Below, one piece after another: positions 50,290 through 60,479 of a DNA stretch of 64,000 nucleotides. The position numbers and the translations under genes are program-made. Within the stretch, counting starts at the first letter, position 1. Each line of letters begins with the position of its first letter. The stretch lies in assembly GCF_902652985.1 (NCBI RefSeq), contig NC_047020.1, positions 5,456,001 to 5,520,000 of the forward strand, in the 5' to 3' direction. The notes under the pieces were generated by a model. The model had not been told where the DNA came from. It was given only the letters and a program-made list of their open reading frames with translations, and did no database searches. The stretch comes from Pecten maximus. Taxonomy: Eukaryota.

Positions 50290-51172
50290 CCTCTGGACTG
50301 TTAACCTCTGAACTGTTAACCTCTGAACTGTTAACCTCAGGACTGTTAACCTCTGAACTGTTAACCTCAGGACTGTTAACCTCTGGACTGTTAACCTGCT
50401 GTAGTGTTGACCTGCTGTAGTGTTAACTACTTGACTGTTAACCTCTTGACTGTTAACCTCTGAACTGTTAACCTCAGGACTGTTAACCTCTGGACTTTTA
50501 ACCTGCTGTAGTGTTGACCTGCTGTAGTGTTAACTACTTGACTGTTAACCTCTTGACTGTTAACCTCAGGACTGTTAACCTCTGGACTGTTAACCTCAGG
50601 ACTGTTAACCTCAGGACTGTTAACCTCAGGACTGTTAACCTCTGGACTGTTAACCTCTGGAGTGTTAACTTCTGGAGTGTTAACCTCTGGAGTGTTAACC
50701 TCTTGACTGTTAACCTGCTGGAGTGTTAACCTCTGGACTGTTAACCTCTGGATTGTTAACCTCTGGATTGTTAACCTCTGGACTGTTAACCTCTGGACTG
50801 TTAACCTCTGGACTGTTAACCTCTTGCCTGTTAACCTCAGGACTGTTAACCTCTTGACTGTTAAACTCAGGTCTGTTAACCTGCTGGAGTGTTAACCTCT
50901 GGACTGTTAACCTCAGGACTGTTAATCTGCTGGAGTGTTAACCTCTGGACTGTTAACCTCAGGACTGTTAATCTGCTGGAGTGTTAACCTCTGGACTGTT
51001 AACCTCAGGTCTGTTAACCACTGGACTGTTAACCACTGGACTGTTAACCTGGAGTGTTAACCTCTGGAGTGTTAACCTCTGGAGTGTTAACCTCTGGAGT
51101 GTTAACCTCAGGCCTGTTAACCTCTGGACTGTTAACCTCAGGACTGTTAATCTGCTGGAGTGTTAACCTCTC
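50290..51172. repeat. 15-bp intronic minisatellite (actgttaacctctgg)
   Basis: Directly visible; each unit carries the palindrome gttaac. Confidence 0.95.
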
Positions 51173-51301
51173 TATACACTCTGGCCTGTAAACATGATAC
51201 TGTTTTTTCTACCTTTTTTATCAAGTAGAACTCTAAATACCTGAAATCCTATGATACATTTAAGCAATAAATAAAATATTGAAAAAGTCATCAATGCTTA
51301 C

Positions 51302-51374
51302 CCTGCATCACGTGAACTCAGAAGGCGTGCCCAGATGAAGTTAGGATCAATGTCTTCCTCCCTTTGCTGGTTAT
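51302..51374 (-). CDS. CAPN15: Calpain-15 exon (DNQQREEDIDPNFIWARLLSSRDAG)
   Basis: tttatag| and GG|gtaagc; IWA..LSS..AG motif; phases 1 to 2. Confidence 0.88.
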
Positions 51375-51508
51375 CTATAAAATAATAAATTATTTCAGTG
51401 GCTAGCATGCTTCTACTGGTTATCTATAAAATAATGAATTATTTCAGTGGCTAGCATGCTTCAACTGGTTATCTATAAAATAATGAATTATTTCAGTGGC
51501 TAGCATGT
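51367..51508 (-). repeat. 49-bp triplication of the acceptor site
   Basis: ctggttatctataaaataat.aattatttcagtggctagcatg at 51367, 51416 and 51465. Confidence 0.92.
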
Positions 51509-51968
51509 GATTAAGAAATATGTGTAAATTCCATCAGTCATAATATACACAGGCTAATTATTCTATATACCTGTGTTTGAATAAATAATTTTCATAAACG
51601 AATGATTCATACATTTACAATATCCACTGTAAAATAGATTGAGGTGATAAATTAGACATTACATTATGTATATAGAAAACTTTATTAGATATAAACAAGA
51701 GGCATTATAATGCAATCTTATATCAACTTATTTCTAAATGAGATGAATTATGAGATTTATAAATGGTTGCCAATGATTACTACTTATTGATTTTAATTTT
51801 ACAAAATGAACTACCTGGTAGTTCCTCCAAAAATATCACAATCAACATCTTCAGAGTGGTTTTTAATTGGGTTTAATTATATGTTCAGTTATTTTTAAAT
51901 ACTGTATTTAGGACAGAATAACTGTTGATATTATAGTATACAACACCTAGGATTAGTGATTTACATAC

Positions 51969-52113
51969 CTTGAAGGTCAATATTCTCACATGGGGCACCT
52001 GTTAAGGTTGCTAGACCTTCTATGGTCTTTCCTGCAATTAATGCCTCATAGGATCCATGCAGTTTGGCCATAGCTTTCTCAATCAAGGGCACCCAGAGTT
52101 GCCTTCTTTTGGC
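51969..52113 (-). CDS. CAPN15: Calpain-15 exon ([25 protein letters not shown]...[12 protein letters not shown]); upstream exons lie beyond the window
   Basis: cttccag| and G|gtatgt; calpain LW..L.EKA.AKLHGSY..L motif. Confidence 0.93.
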
Positions 52114-53011
52114 CTGGAAGACAGAAATACCGGAAAACCACTTTATATTTGTAATAGTACATGTACAGTCCTTGTGAATAATTTACCAAAATCTTATCAT
52201 TAGTGAAAATAAAATCTGGTGCACACTACAATTTTATCTGAACAATATAGACTGATAAATTTTTTTTATCTGTTAAAGTCTAATATTAAATATTAGGCAG
52301 GTTTACACAGCAGATATGGGGCCTGCCTGTCATCCAAACACAGTCAATTTAACATACTGCATGGCTTCACTTGAAGCTTTTGGAGATTTATGCTCCTCCT
52401 TGCTGACCAGTACAGGTCATGCCAAGGCTAAATAAACTGTATCAAAGGACATCTCATGTCCGCTTGTCAACTGCACACATGTGCAAATATATACTCAAAG
52501 CACCTGCTAGTCTTTATGTTCTCTGTCTCTCAGATAAACAAACCTTATCAAAGCAACTTCCCAGTCTGAATGTAATGGGCACAGATAAGACTTGCATGCA
52601 GATATCATCTTGGGGGAATCTAATTACCCTTATCACCCAGTCTTGGCCAGTCTGGCTCTATCTATGACCTCCCTGACCCTACGGTTATCTATGAAGGGAG
52701 GTTTCACTCCTGCACCTAATTTACATATTCTAATTAAACAGCCCCTTACTAACAAGGTAAGGATGTCAAGAGATCCAATCAGAAGACCACGCTCGGTCAC
52801 ATGGCTAATGTCAATTTCTCCTCAGAAATTCTATCCAAATTGCCATTGTTGTTCTAACTGCTCGAACAAACAGTCATATTCCAAAACTCTCTGTGTTTTG
52901 TTGGCCTCTCTTCAGAGACTGCTACAACTTCATCCATTCACCGAAATTGTCACTACTTAACAGTTACATCCTCAGCAAGACATTCTTCTAAAACACTCAT
53001 CAGTTAAAGAT

Positions 53012-54310
53012 ATGTCAGGACGTGGAAAAGGTCAACCTCGTGGGCGCAAACGAAGGGCACCTGAAGACATTAATGACACTCTTAATTCTGCTGTCAGTAC
53101 GACAGGCGGTAATGACAGCAACTGGGACCCTAATAAGCCAGAAAACTGGACTATAGGTGAACTAAGGACACGACTGCTGGAGCAGAACATCAGACCACCA
53201 TGTGGTTTTACAAAAACAATGCTGGTCAAACTGTACAAAGAAAATAATACCAGTGTTAGTGATGGTAACAGTGATGTTACGCCACCTACTGAGAATGACC
53301 TTACACAGCCTGGCTACCACAGCAGGAATCTCCCGTCAAATGAGGCAATGAAGGCTCTACAAGCACATGTTACCAGGCTGGAGCAATTAATACTGTGCCA
53401 AAATACAGTAGCAGTCGGACAGGCCCCAGCTGTACCAGGTCATGTCCTGACTGCGACCTCAACAACCTCACCAACCTCACCGACCTTAGAGCCCCCAGCC
53501 ATAGCAGGAAGCATACCAAACAATTATGTGCCTCAGCCTGCTATCCTTCTACAACAGACAGGAATTTCATCAGAATCTCTGCCATCAATAGAAGTCGTAC
53601 CTCAAGCCATACGCCAGCAGATAACAGAAGGTAAGGACGTCAACTTAGCTCTACTATTACTGCCATCTTATGACTATGATTGCACTCGCTACAATCGATT
53701 CACTGAAGTTGGGGGGCGTACTGTCCCGCTCCAAACAGACCCACGTCTATGTAAATCTCTCACCCTCGGAGAGTTTGTCAAGGCCTTCTCGATATACAGG
53801 AGCATCATGTGCGAATATTACCCTAATCGCAGACAGGAGCTAGACATCTACGAGCGAGACATAGTAGAACTAGCCACAACATATCCTGGTCCTGTATTCT
53901 ATGAATACCATAAAGCTTTCGCCACTAGGGCCGCAGCACTATTACACCAGCGTGGCATTAAGGTCAACTGGGCGATTCGGGACAATCAACTTTACACCAC
54001 GATATGTTCCGGATTTCGGAGTAACAGCTGCAAACTGTGCAACAACATGAATCATACCGAAGACTTCTGTCCTCTCATTTTGAATGGACTAGGATCATCA
54101 GCAAAAAACCATAAAGGAAATAATAGGAATGGGGACAGCAACACGGACAGTAAAGGAAGGACCAGGGTCATTCACCATGGTAAAGAGGTCTGCAACAATT
54201 ACAACGACCAAGATGGCTGTAACCGTGACAATTGCCCCTACCTTCACATTAAGAAATCTTCAATGAAATCTGCTAAAACACATAAAACCAACGAATCAGC
54301 TAAACAATGA
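53012..54310 (+). CDS. Gag-like ORF1 with N-terminal SAP/LEM-like helix pair and C-terminal Cys/His motifs
   Basis: WTIGELRTRL...TKTMLVKLY; core GKDVNL..LL, FYEYHKAF; C-x2-C-x4-H-x4-C and CNNYN..GC....C.YLH. Confidence 0.85.
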   Translation: MSGRGKGQPRGRKRRAPEDINDTLNSAVSTTGGNDSNWDPNKPENWTIGELRTRLLEQNIRPPCGFTKTMLVKLYKENNTSVSDGNSDVTPPTENDLTQPGYHSRNLPSNEAMKALQAHVTRLEQLILCQNTVAVGQAPAVPGHVLTATSTTSPTSPTLEPPAIAGSIPNNYVPQPAILLQQTGISSESLPSIEVVPQAIRQQITEGKDVNLALLLLPSYDYDCTRYNRFTEVGGRTVPLQTDPRLCKSLTLGEFVKAFSIYRSIMCEYYPNRRQELDIYERDIVELATTYPGPVFYEYHKAFATRAAALLHQRGIKVNWAIRDNQLYTTICSGFRSNSCKLCNNMNHTEDFCPLILNGLGSSAKNHKGNNRNGDSNTDSKGRTRVIHHGKEVCNNYNDQDGCNRDNCPYLHIKKSSMKSAKTHKTNESAKQ

Positions 54311-55936
54311 CAAAAGGCTAACCTCCAGGATTTCAAGGCGTCAACTCCTATCAATATAGCAGCACTGGAGAGAGAACTAGAAAACCACCCTGATAAGAAC
54401 TTTGTGCAGTCTTTGATTTCTGGATTATCAGACGGCTTTGACACTGGAATGTCTGCATTACCAGAGACATCTCTAATCTGCAAGAACTTAAAAAGTGCCA
54501 CTTCTGAACCAGACATCGTCGATGAACTTATAACTAGCGAAGTTAACAAGAAATTCTTAATTGGCCCTTATACAGAACCCCCTTTTGATATATACAGGAT
54601 TAACCCAATTGGAATAGCGACAGGGAAGTACTCTGACAAGAAACGTCTAATCGTGGACCTTTCTGCCCCCCATGACTCCGAAGGTAACAGCATCAACGAA
54701 TTAATTGCTAAAGAGGAATACTCATTGTCGTACATTAGTGTTGATGACGCCATAAATCAAATCCAGCATACAGGAAGACACTCCAAGCTGTGTAAACTTG
54801 ACATAACAGATGCCCTTAAACTTATACCTGTTTCTCCAAAACTCTGGCCTTTCTACGGTATATGCTGGAAACAACAGTACTATTTTTATACCAAACTCAC
54901 TTTTGGGTGTCGTTCCAGTCCTAAGATCTTTGACCTTTTATCAACCGCTCTCTGTTGGATTTTATCAACTAACTATCAGATAGAATACATAATTCACTAC
55001 CTGGATGACTTTCTTACAATCGACAGACCAAATGTGGTAGCTGAACGAACAATGGCAATTTTGTCCAAGGTTTTTACAGCACTCAATATTCCAGTGTCTC
55101 CTCACAAAACATTGGGTCCATCTGAGAGTTTAGAGTTTCTAGGAATCACTCTGGACACTAGTAACATGGAAGCACGCCTGCCGGCAAATAAAGTGCAGAG
55201 AATAACTCAAACAATCAAATCTTTCTGTAAACGCAAAAAGGTCACAAAGCGCGAACTATTAAGCCTTTTGGGACATATGAACTTTGCTAGTCGGGTGATC
55301 ATTCAAGGACGCTCGTTTATATCTTATCTCTTAAATCTTGCCGCCTCAGTCAAACAGTTGCATCATCATGTACAACTTACTGGGGCCTGTCAGCAGGACT
55401 TATTTATGTGGTATACTTTCACAGATCAATGGAACGGAAATTCACTCTTCCTCCAGGAGACGACAACATTAGCTCACGATATAAATCTCTACACAGATGC
55501 AGCCGGAGGAATTGGATTTGGTGCTTTTTATGACGGTCAGTGGTTCCACGGTCACTGGCCACATCAAATATCCTTGAACAGTTCTGAAATGTCAATTGCT
55601 TTCATGGAATTATATCCTATCGTACTGGCCTGTATGATATGGGGACACAAGTGGTCAGGTCTCAGAATTAGACTACACTGTGACAATCAAGCAACTGTTG
55701 ATATCATCAGGAAAGGACGTTCTAAATGCGCTTATATCATGCCATTTATGCGACGTTTAACTTGGTGTACCTTTATCCACAACTTCGTTCTCACAGCCGT
55801 GCATATTCCTGGAAAACAGAATAATATTGCTGATGCCTTATCTCGTTTCCAGATGGACCGGTTCCACGACTTGGCACCAGCAGCAAAGAAGAGCCAAAAT
55901 CCCATTCCGGATTACGACAATGTGCCTCTATACTAG
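54311..55936 (+). CDS. Reverse transcriptase + RNase H, same frame as gag immediately after the TGA
   Basis: STPINI..LE.EL.NHPD..FV..L..GF, FGCRSSP, YLDDF, FLGI; RNase H TDAAG, ELYP, CDNQ, NNIADALSR. Confidence 0.92.
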   Translation, partial: QKANLQDFKASTPINIAALERELENHPDKNFVQSLISGLSDGFDTGMSALPETSLICKNLKSATSEPDIVDELITSEVNKKFLIGPYTEPPFDIYRINPIGIATGKYSDKKRLIVDLSAPHDSEGNSINELIAKEEYSLSYISVDDAINQIQHTGRHSKLCKLDITDALKLIPVSPKLWPFYGICWKQQYYFYTKLTFGCRSSPKIFDLLSTALCWILSTNYQIEYIIHYLDDFLTIDRPNVVAERTMAILSKVFTALNIPVSPHKTLGPSESLEFLGITLDTSNMEARLPANKVQRITQTIKSFCKRKKVTKRELLSLLGHMNFASRVIIQGRSFISYLLNLAASVKQLHHHVQLTGACQQDLFMWYTFTDQWNGNSLFLQETTTLAHDINLYTDAAGGIGFGAFYDGQWFHGHWPHQISLNSSEMSIAFMELYPIVLACMIWGHKWSGLRIRLHCDNQATVDIIRKGRSKCAYIMPFMRRLTWCTFIHNFVLTAVHIPGKQNNIADALSRFQMDRFHDLAPAAKKSQNPIPDYDNVPLY

Positions 55937-56931
55937 AACCAGCAGTGCGTGACCTATGGAATGCTGCAGTGGCTCATTCGACTAGAACTACCTACACATC
56001 AGGTGTTTCCTGTTTCAAGAACTTCATCCTCATGAATGGTATAAACGACCAAGCAAGTGTGTTTACCAACGTTACAGAAGAATTATTAATACTCTTCGTG
56101 ACTCATTGTTATCATAACCTCAGATTGAAATATTCTACAATTAAGCTGTATTTATACGGAATTAAGTTCCATTGTACTATGCAGGGGCTCAGCAACCCGC
56201 TTGTGAATACTCATGGGTTACCACTTTACCGACTCCAGACCATATTACGGGGATTAAAGAAACTACAGGGAACTCCGGTAAAACCTAGACTCCCCATAAC
56301 TTTCAACATATTGTCTAAGTTATGCTCAGCATTTCGACAGGGTGTTTTCGATCCTGCCACAGACACTACTATGGAGGCTGCCTGCTGTGTGGCCTTCTTC
56401 GCATTCTTACGGTGCGGAGAATTCACATGCACCACTAACACATTTGATTCTTCAATTCACTTGTGTATCAGCGACATTCAAGTAGCACCAGACAGTAACA
56501 GCATGACATTGCGCCTCAAGGCGTCCAAAACCGACCCCTTTCGTCAAGGAGTCACCATTCACCTGTTCCGCACCCATCACCATGTATGTGCTGTAGCCGC
56601 TGTCATCAGAATGCTAACAGAAAGATTCATGAATGGTTGTCGTCCTTCGGACCCCCTATTTTCCATTCATTCTGCTGCCTTGACTCGACATGTTTTCATT
56701 GACAAACTAAGACAGACCTTGATCCGACTAGGTCTAAATCATTCACTATACACAGGACATTCCTTCAGAATAGGAGCCGCAACTACTGCCGCCCAGTCAG
56801 ATGTCCCCGATCACCTCATCAAAGTGCTTGGACGCTGGCAATCGGATAGCTACTGTCGATACATCCGTACCCCTCATCATATTCTCCGGAAAGCTCAAGC
56901 AGAAATGTGCAAGATTTCACCTGATATTTAG
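55853..56931 (+). CDS. Tyrosine recombinase (no proximal ATG; predicted spliced exon)
   Basis: Catalytic set FLRCGE, SKTD, HSFRIGAAT, GRW.S..Y.RY; frame open from 55834. Confidence 0.9.
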
Positions 56932-57947
56932 TAGCCTAGTGGCTGCCTTCTGTGTTCAAGAGTGTCTAAGTGTGTACTCTTTATAGGGCGAGTATATCTA
57001 TAATGAGTACTAATTATTCCACTGGATTAACATGTATATTGATGTGCTAATCTGTCATCATTCACACAGGATTTATGTGCATATTCCATTGGATTTATAT
57101 GTGTGTAAATGTGCTTATCTGTCACCATTCAGATGGGATATATGTGTGTATTCGTTTAGGGCGAGTATATCTAAACGGTACTATTACGGCCCTCATACTC
57201 AACAACTAACAGAAACGAAGGTAACAGAACACATTCTGTAGCCATGCAGGCCAGCATTCTTGTAAGGATTACATCTGGACATTCCGAATTGGGATACAGA
57301 ACCGAACTAAATGTTTACTAGTCATTGACATTAGTACCCTGTTTTCTTTTACACCTAAGTACCTCTGAGGACAATAACTGTATTCGATACTGAGGCATTC
57401 TGCCAGAATTTGTCTATGACTTGCTGTATATCTTCTCAATTATGTCATATTCTCCCGGTGGCGCTGGGGATAAAGGTGTCTCATACCCTACATTCCCTCT
57501 TTGGGGTCCTCGTATCATCACATGCTTATAAACCATGTCTCTCATACTCCTTTGGGCCTATGGCAGTAAACTGACACCATGTAATAACATAATAACATGG
57601 ACTATTAATGATGCCAGACTACTGCTATACACCACAAATCGGTCAATCCAACCCCAGAACCAAGGGTTAGCTGGACTGCATACATCAACTCTATCTGGCC
57701 CAGGGTAAGACAGCAAGTCGAACCCCAAGCCTAAGTGATGTAACTCCCAACTCTTGCCGACTCCTGGACATTTGAGCGACCAGGCTATGGTACCCATGAG
57801 CTTCAGGTCAGCCATACCTCCAAGTCATGTTCTCAACGGGTTGTTGGCCATAGCTTTTCAGCACCATGCTCTTCAGCATTACGGGGTTCAAATAGCCCAC
57901 GGCTATACCCCACCCGGTCCAAGGGAGGTAACTGCTAAGGTGATATG

Positions 57948-59131
57948 TGTAATAGGGTGATTAATGTCATGCTTTATATAATTTGTATGTATATATTTTA
58001 TTGACTTGTGTTATTTATTTATTTGTGCCCATATTGTTCAGTGTGTGTGTGTAACAGAAGAGGTGTTTGTGTGTTATAGATTACAGGGAGTGATTATTGC
58101 TGACTTACCTGTATGTCTATTTTTAAGTTACCTTACCTGTATAGTTATATTTTTATACATCACATGACGTACATGTGATAGGTTTCTATACTTTTTATTG
58201 GTCAAGATATTATAATAGCCTTTGGTCAGTTTGGCGGGAATCTCTTTGTAAGGAAGTTAGTTCTCTACAGTCTGCCAAACTGATCAGACCTATACATATA
58301 TTGAGTCGGACATTTGTGACAAAGGACCGAAAGACAGAGAATTTATAGGTAAGTTATGGTTCTAGTGAATTATTACTGTTTCAATGTATTGTATCTAACT
58401 AGCTTATATTGTAGATTTGCTATGAACTTTATAAGTTTGGCATTTAAGTTAAATTATTATCTTTATTCAAAATCTCTATTTTGAATTGTAACTTTGTATA
58501 TACAGAGTAGTATTTTTCAGTAATATATATATATAAGTGAGTAATGGTTAAATTAATCTATTATATATGTACAGATCTGCAGTATTATTAGAAAGAACTG
58601 TTTTTATGCATTTTTTAGATTGTCATAAGAAACATGGAATACTGGTGATGATATGAGGTTGAAACGGCTCTGTGCCATACACAGGTGAATACCTTTTTAG
58701 TGTATTGTAATATTGTGTAACTTATTATGGGAGAATCCAGTTTGTTTATATATGTTGATACAAATCTCTTTATAGGTGATTTGTACTAGAGTAGATCTTT
58801 CGTCTCAAAGATAAATTTCATGTTAAATGTATATGATCTATATTTATTGTAATTTCAATAAGATAGTTGTAAAGATAATTATTACAAAGTTAATATCTTA
58901 GTTAAATGTAATTACATGTGTCCAGATAGCTTATATTTCGTGTTTAGCATAACTAGTGTGATTCGCTAGTTATCTCCCTTGATTGTATCTTGCAATGTAT
59001 GTGCTTTGTGTAATTTTAGTCTTTTATGTTTGTTACAGAGTGTAGGTGTTTTAACCTACTGAACTTGTCAAAATAAAGAACTCACGACAAACAAATCATG
59101 TCCAAGTGGTTATTTGATATCCCCGGTTACA
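57948..59131 (+). mobile_element. 5' LTR of a Ty3/Gypsy element
   Basis: Termini tgtaataggg...cccggttaca, AATAAA at 59072, followed by a PBS-like sequence. Confidence 0.8.
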
Positions 59132-59133
59132 TG

Positions 59134-59151
59134 TGGAGCCCCCAGTGAGGA
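59134..59151 (+). promoter_or_regulatory. Primer-binding site, possibly tRNA-Thr
   Basis: TGGAGCCCCCAGTGAGGA 2 nt after the LTR. Its complement TCCTCACTGGGGGCT-CCA resembles recalled invertebrate tRNA-Thr 3' ends; identity unverified. Confidence 0.6.
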
Positions 59152-60479
59152 ATATTCATCGACAGTACAAGCGTCACCGACTGTGTTTCAGACAGTGTGT
59201 TTCACGTGTGTATATTCAAGCGTCCATAGGACGGAGACTCAATTTATGTCATTCTTGCTGAGATGTGCTGCCCTGCTTGATCCAATCACTTTAGTGATTC
59301 AGACTTTCCAATATGGCGGCATATTGTGTGTTTTGAAATTCTATGGATAGTTATTTTGGAAATTTTGGCGTTTCCAGCTGAAGAACAAGGTAATTCGTAG
59401 TATTTGCTGACAATAAACATTAATCAGAAATTGCAGAAGCTGTGTTTACTTGAGACATTGTTTGCCAGTTCGTATTTATATTGACATTTGGTTCGAATAA
59501 TATTGACATTTGTTTTCACGTCGTTTATAATAATTTGCATGTGATCCCAATTTGTTAATTTATTGATATGGGGCATGTAACGTTGAAGTTGATATAGAAT
59601 TGTATTGAATATAGTTGTATTTTCTTGTAGATTTGATTGATTGTGTTCATATTTATTTTTTGTTTGATTATATCACTGGTATTTCATATTTTTTTATAAA
59701 TTCACTTAGGAAAATTCTTAGAGTTAGAAGAAATTGGCTGTATTTTTTTGATACATTTCTGTTGTAATTCACGCTTGTATTTCTCCCTTCTGCGGTAGAT
59801 AGCAAGACAGTGACTTAGACCTGACCGCGACTGATTGTTTTTTTTTGTGTGCTTTATTTTTTGTTGGAATTGGATTAGATTGTCTTATTGAATTTTCATA
59901 ATAATTTTGTTTATTTTTGTTTATTTTTTTTGTTTCAATTCATATTTACTCCGAAATTTGACAATTTTTTTTTTTCATTTTTTTCTCCCTTATTTAAAAT
60001 TTTCAGATTAGTTTCTACTTTAGATTAAATTAGTTGTTATTCTTAGTTAGTTGTTACTCGCAACTAGTCATTATAATTAGGATTTAATCTTAGATTCTTT
60101 GAGTGGTTTTTGTGTGTGACTGTGTTGTCTGTGGGCTTTATTTTCTGTTTACAGTGTTTACTTAAATTTACTTTGATATAAACATTGTTGCTGTTGATAC
60201 TGAATATACCAATCCTTTATTCAGACAGGTAAGTATCAGATACTGTGCATGTCTACATAAGTAGAACTTGTCTTTTGCTTGATATTTTTTTTTCAGGATT
60301 GGACTTTCATTTATTTCAGTATTTTGATTTATTTCAGCATTTAAACTATATCTTCTTGCATCTTATTTGAATTTTGTTTTTCACAAATTTTGATTCTGTT
60401 TGAAAACCTTTGTTTTCAATTGTGACTTTTGATGTTCATTGTTTGGTTATTTGCACTGTGTATAACTATTCCATACATT

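Larger units (their letters stand above)
52300..57947 (+). mobile_element. Ngaro/DIRS-like tyrosine-recombinase retrotransposon, intronic and antisense to CAPN15; termini not resolved
   Basis: gag, RT/RNaseH and YR ORFs in order; no methyltransferase, protease or DDE integrase seen. Confidence 0.88.

Noticed and set aside
52300-53011. Ngaro split direct repeats or DIRS inverted termini
   Set aside because: No matching copy found by eye within the window, so the termini are left undefined.
54307-54310. AUGA stop-start reinitiation for RT
   Set aside because: The overlapping ATG is not in the RT frame; RT is in the gag frame.
57580-57947. Alternative Gypsy LTR start at tgtaataac
   Set aside because: tgtaataggg at 57948 matches the 3' terminus better and coincides with the composition shift; needs the 3' LTR to confirm.
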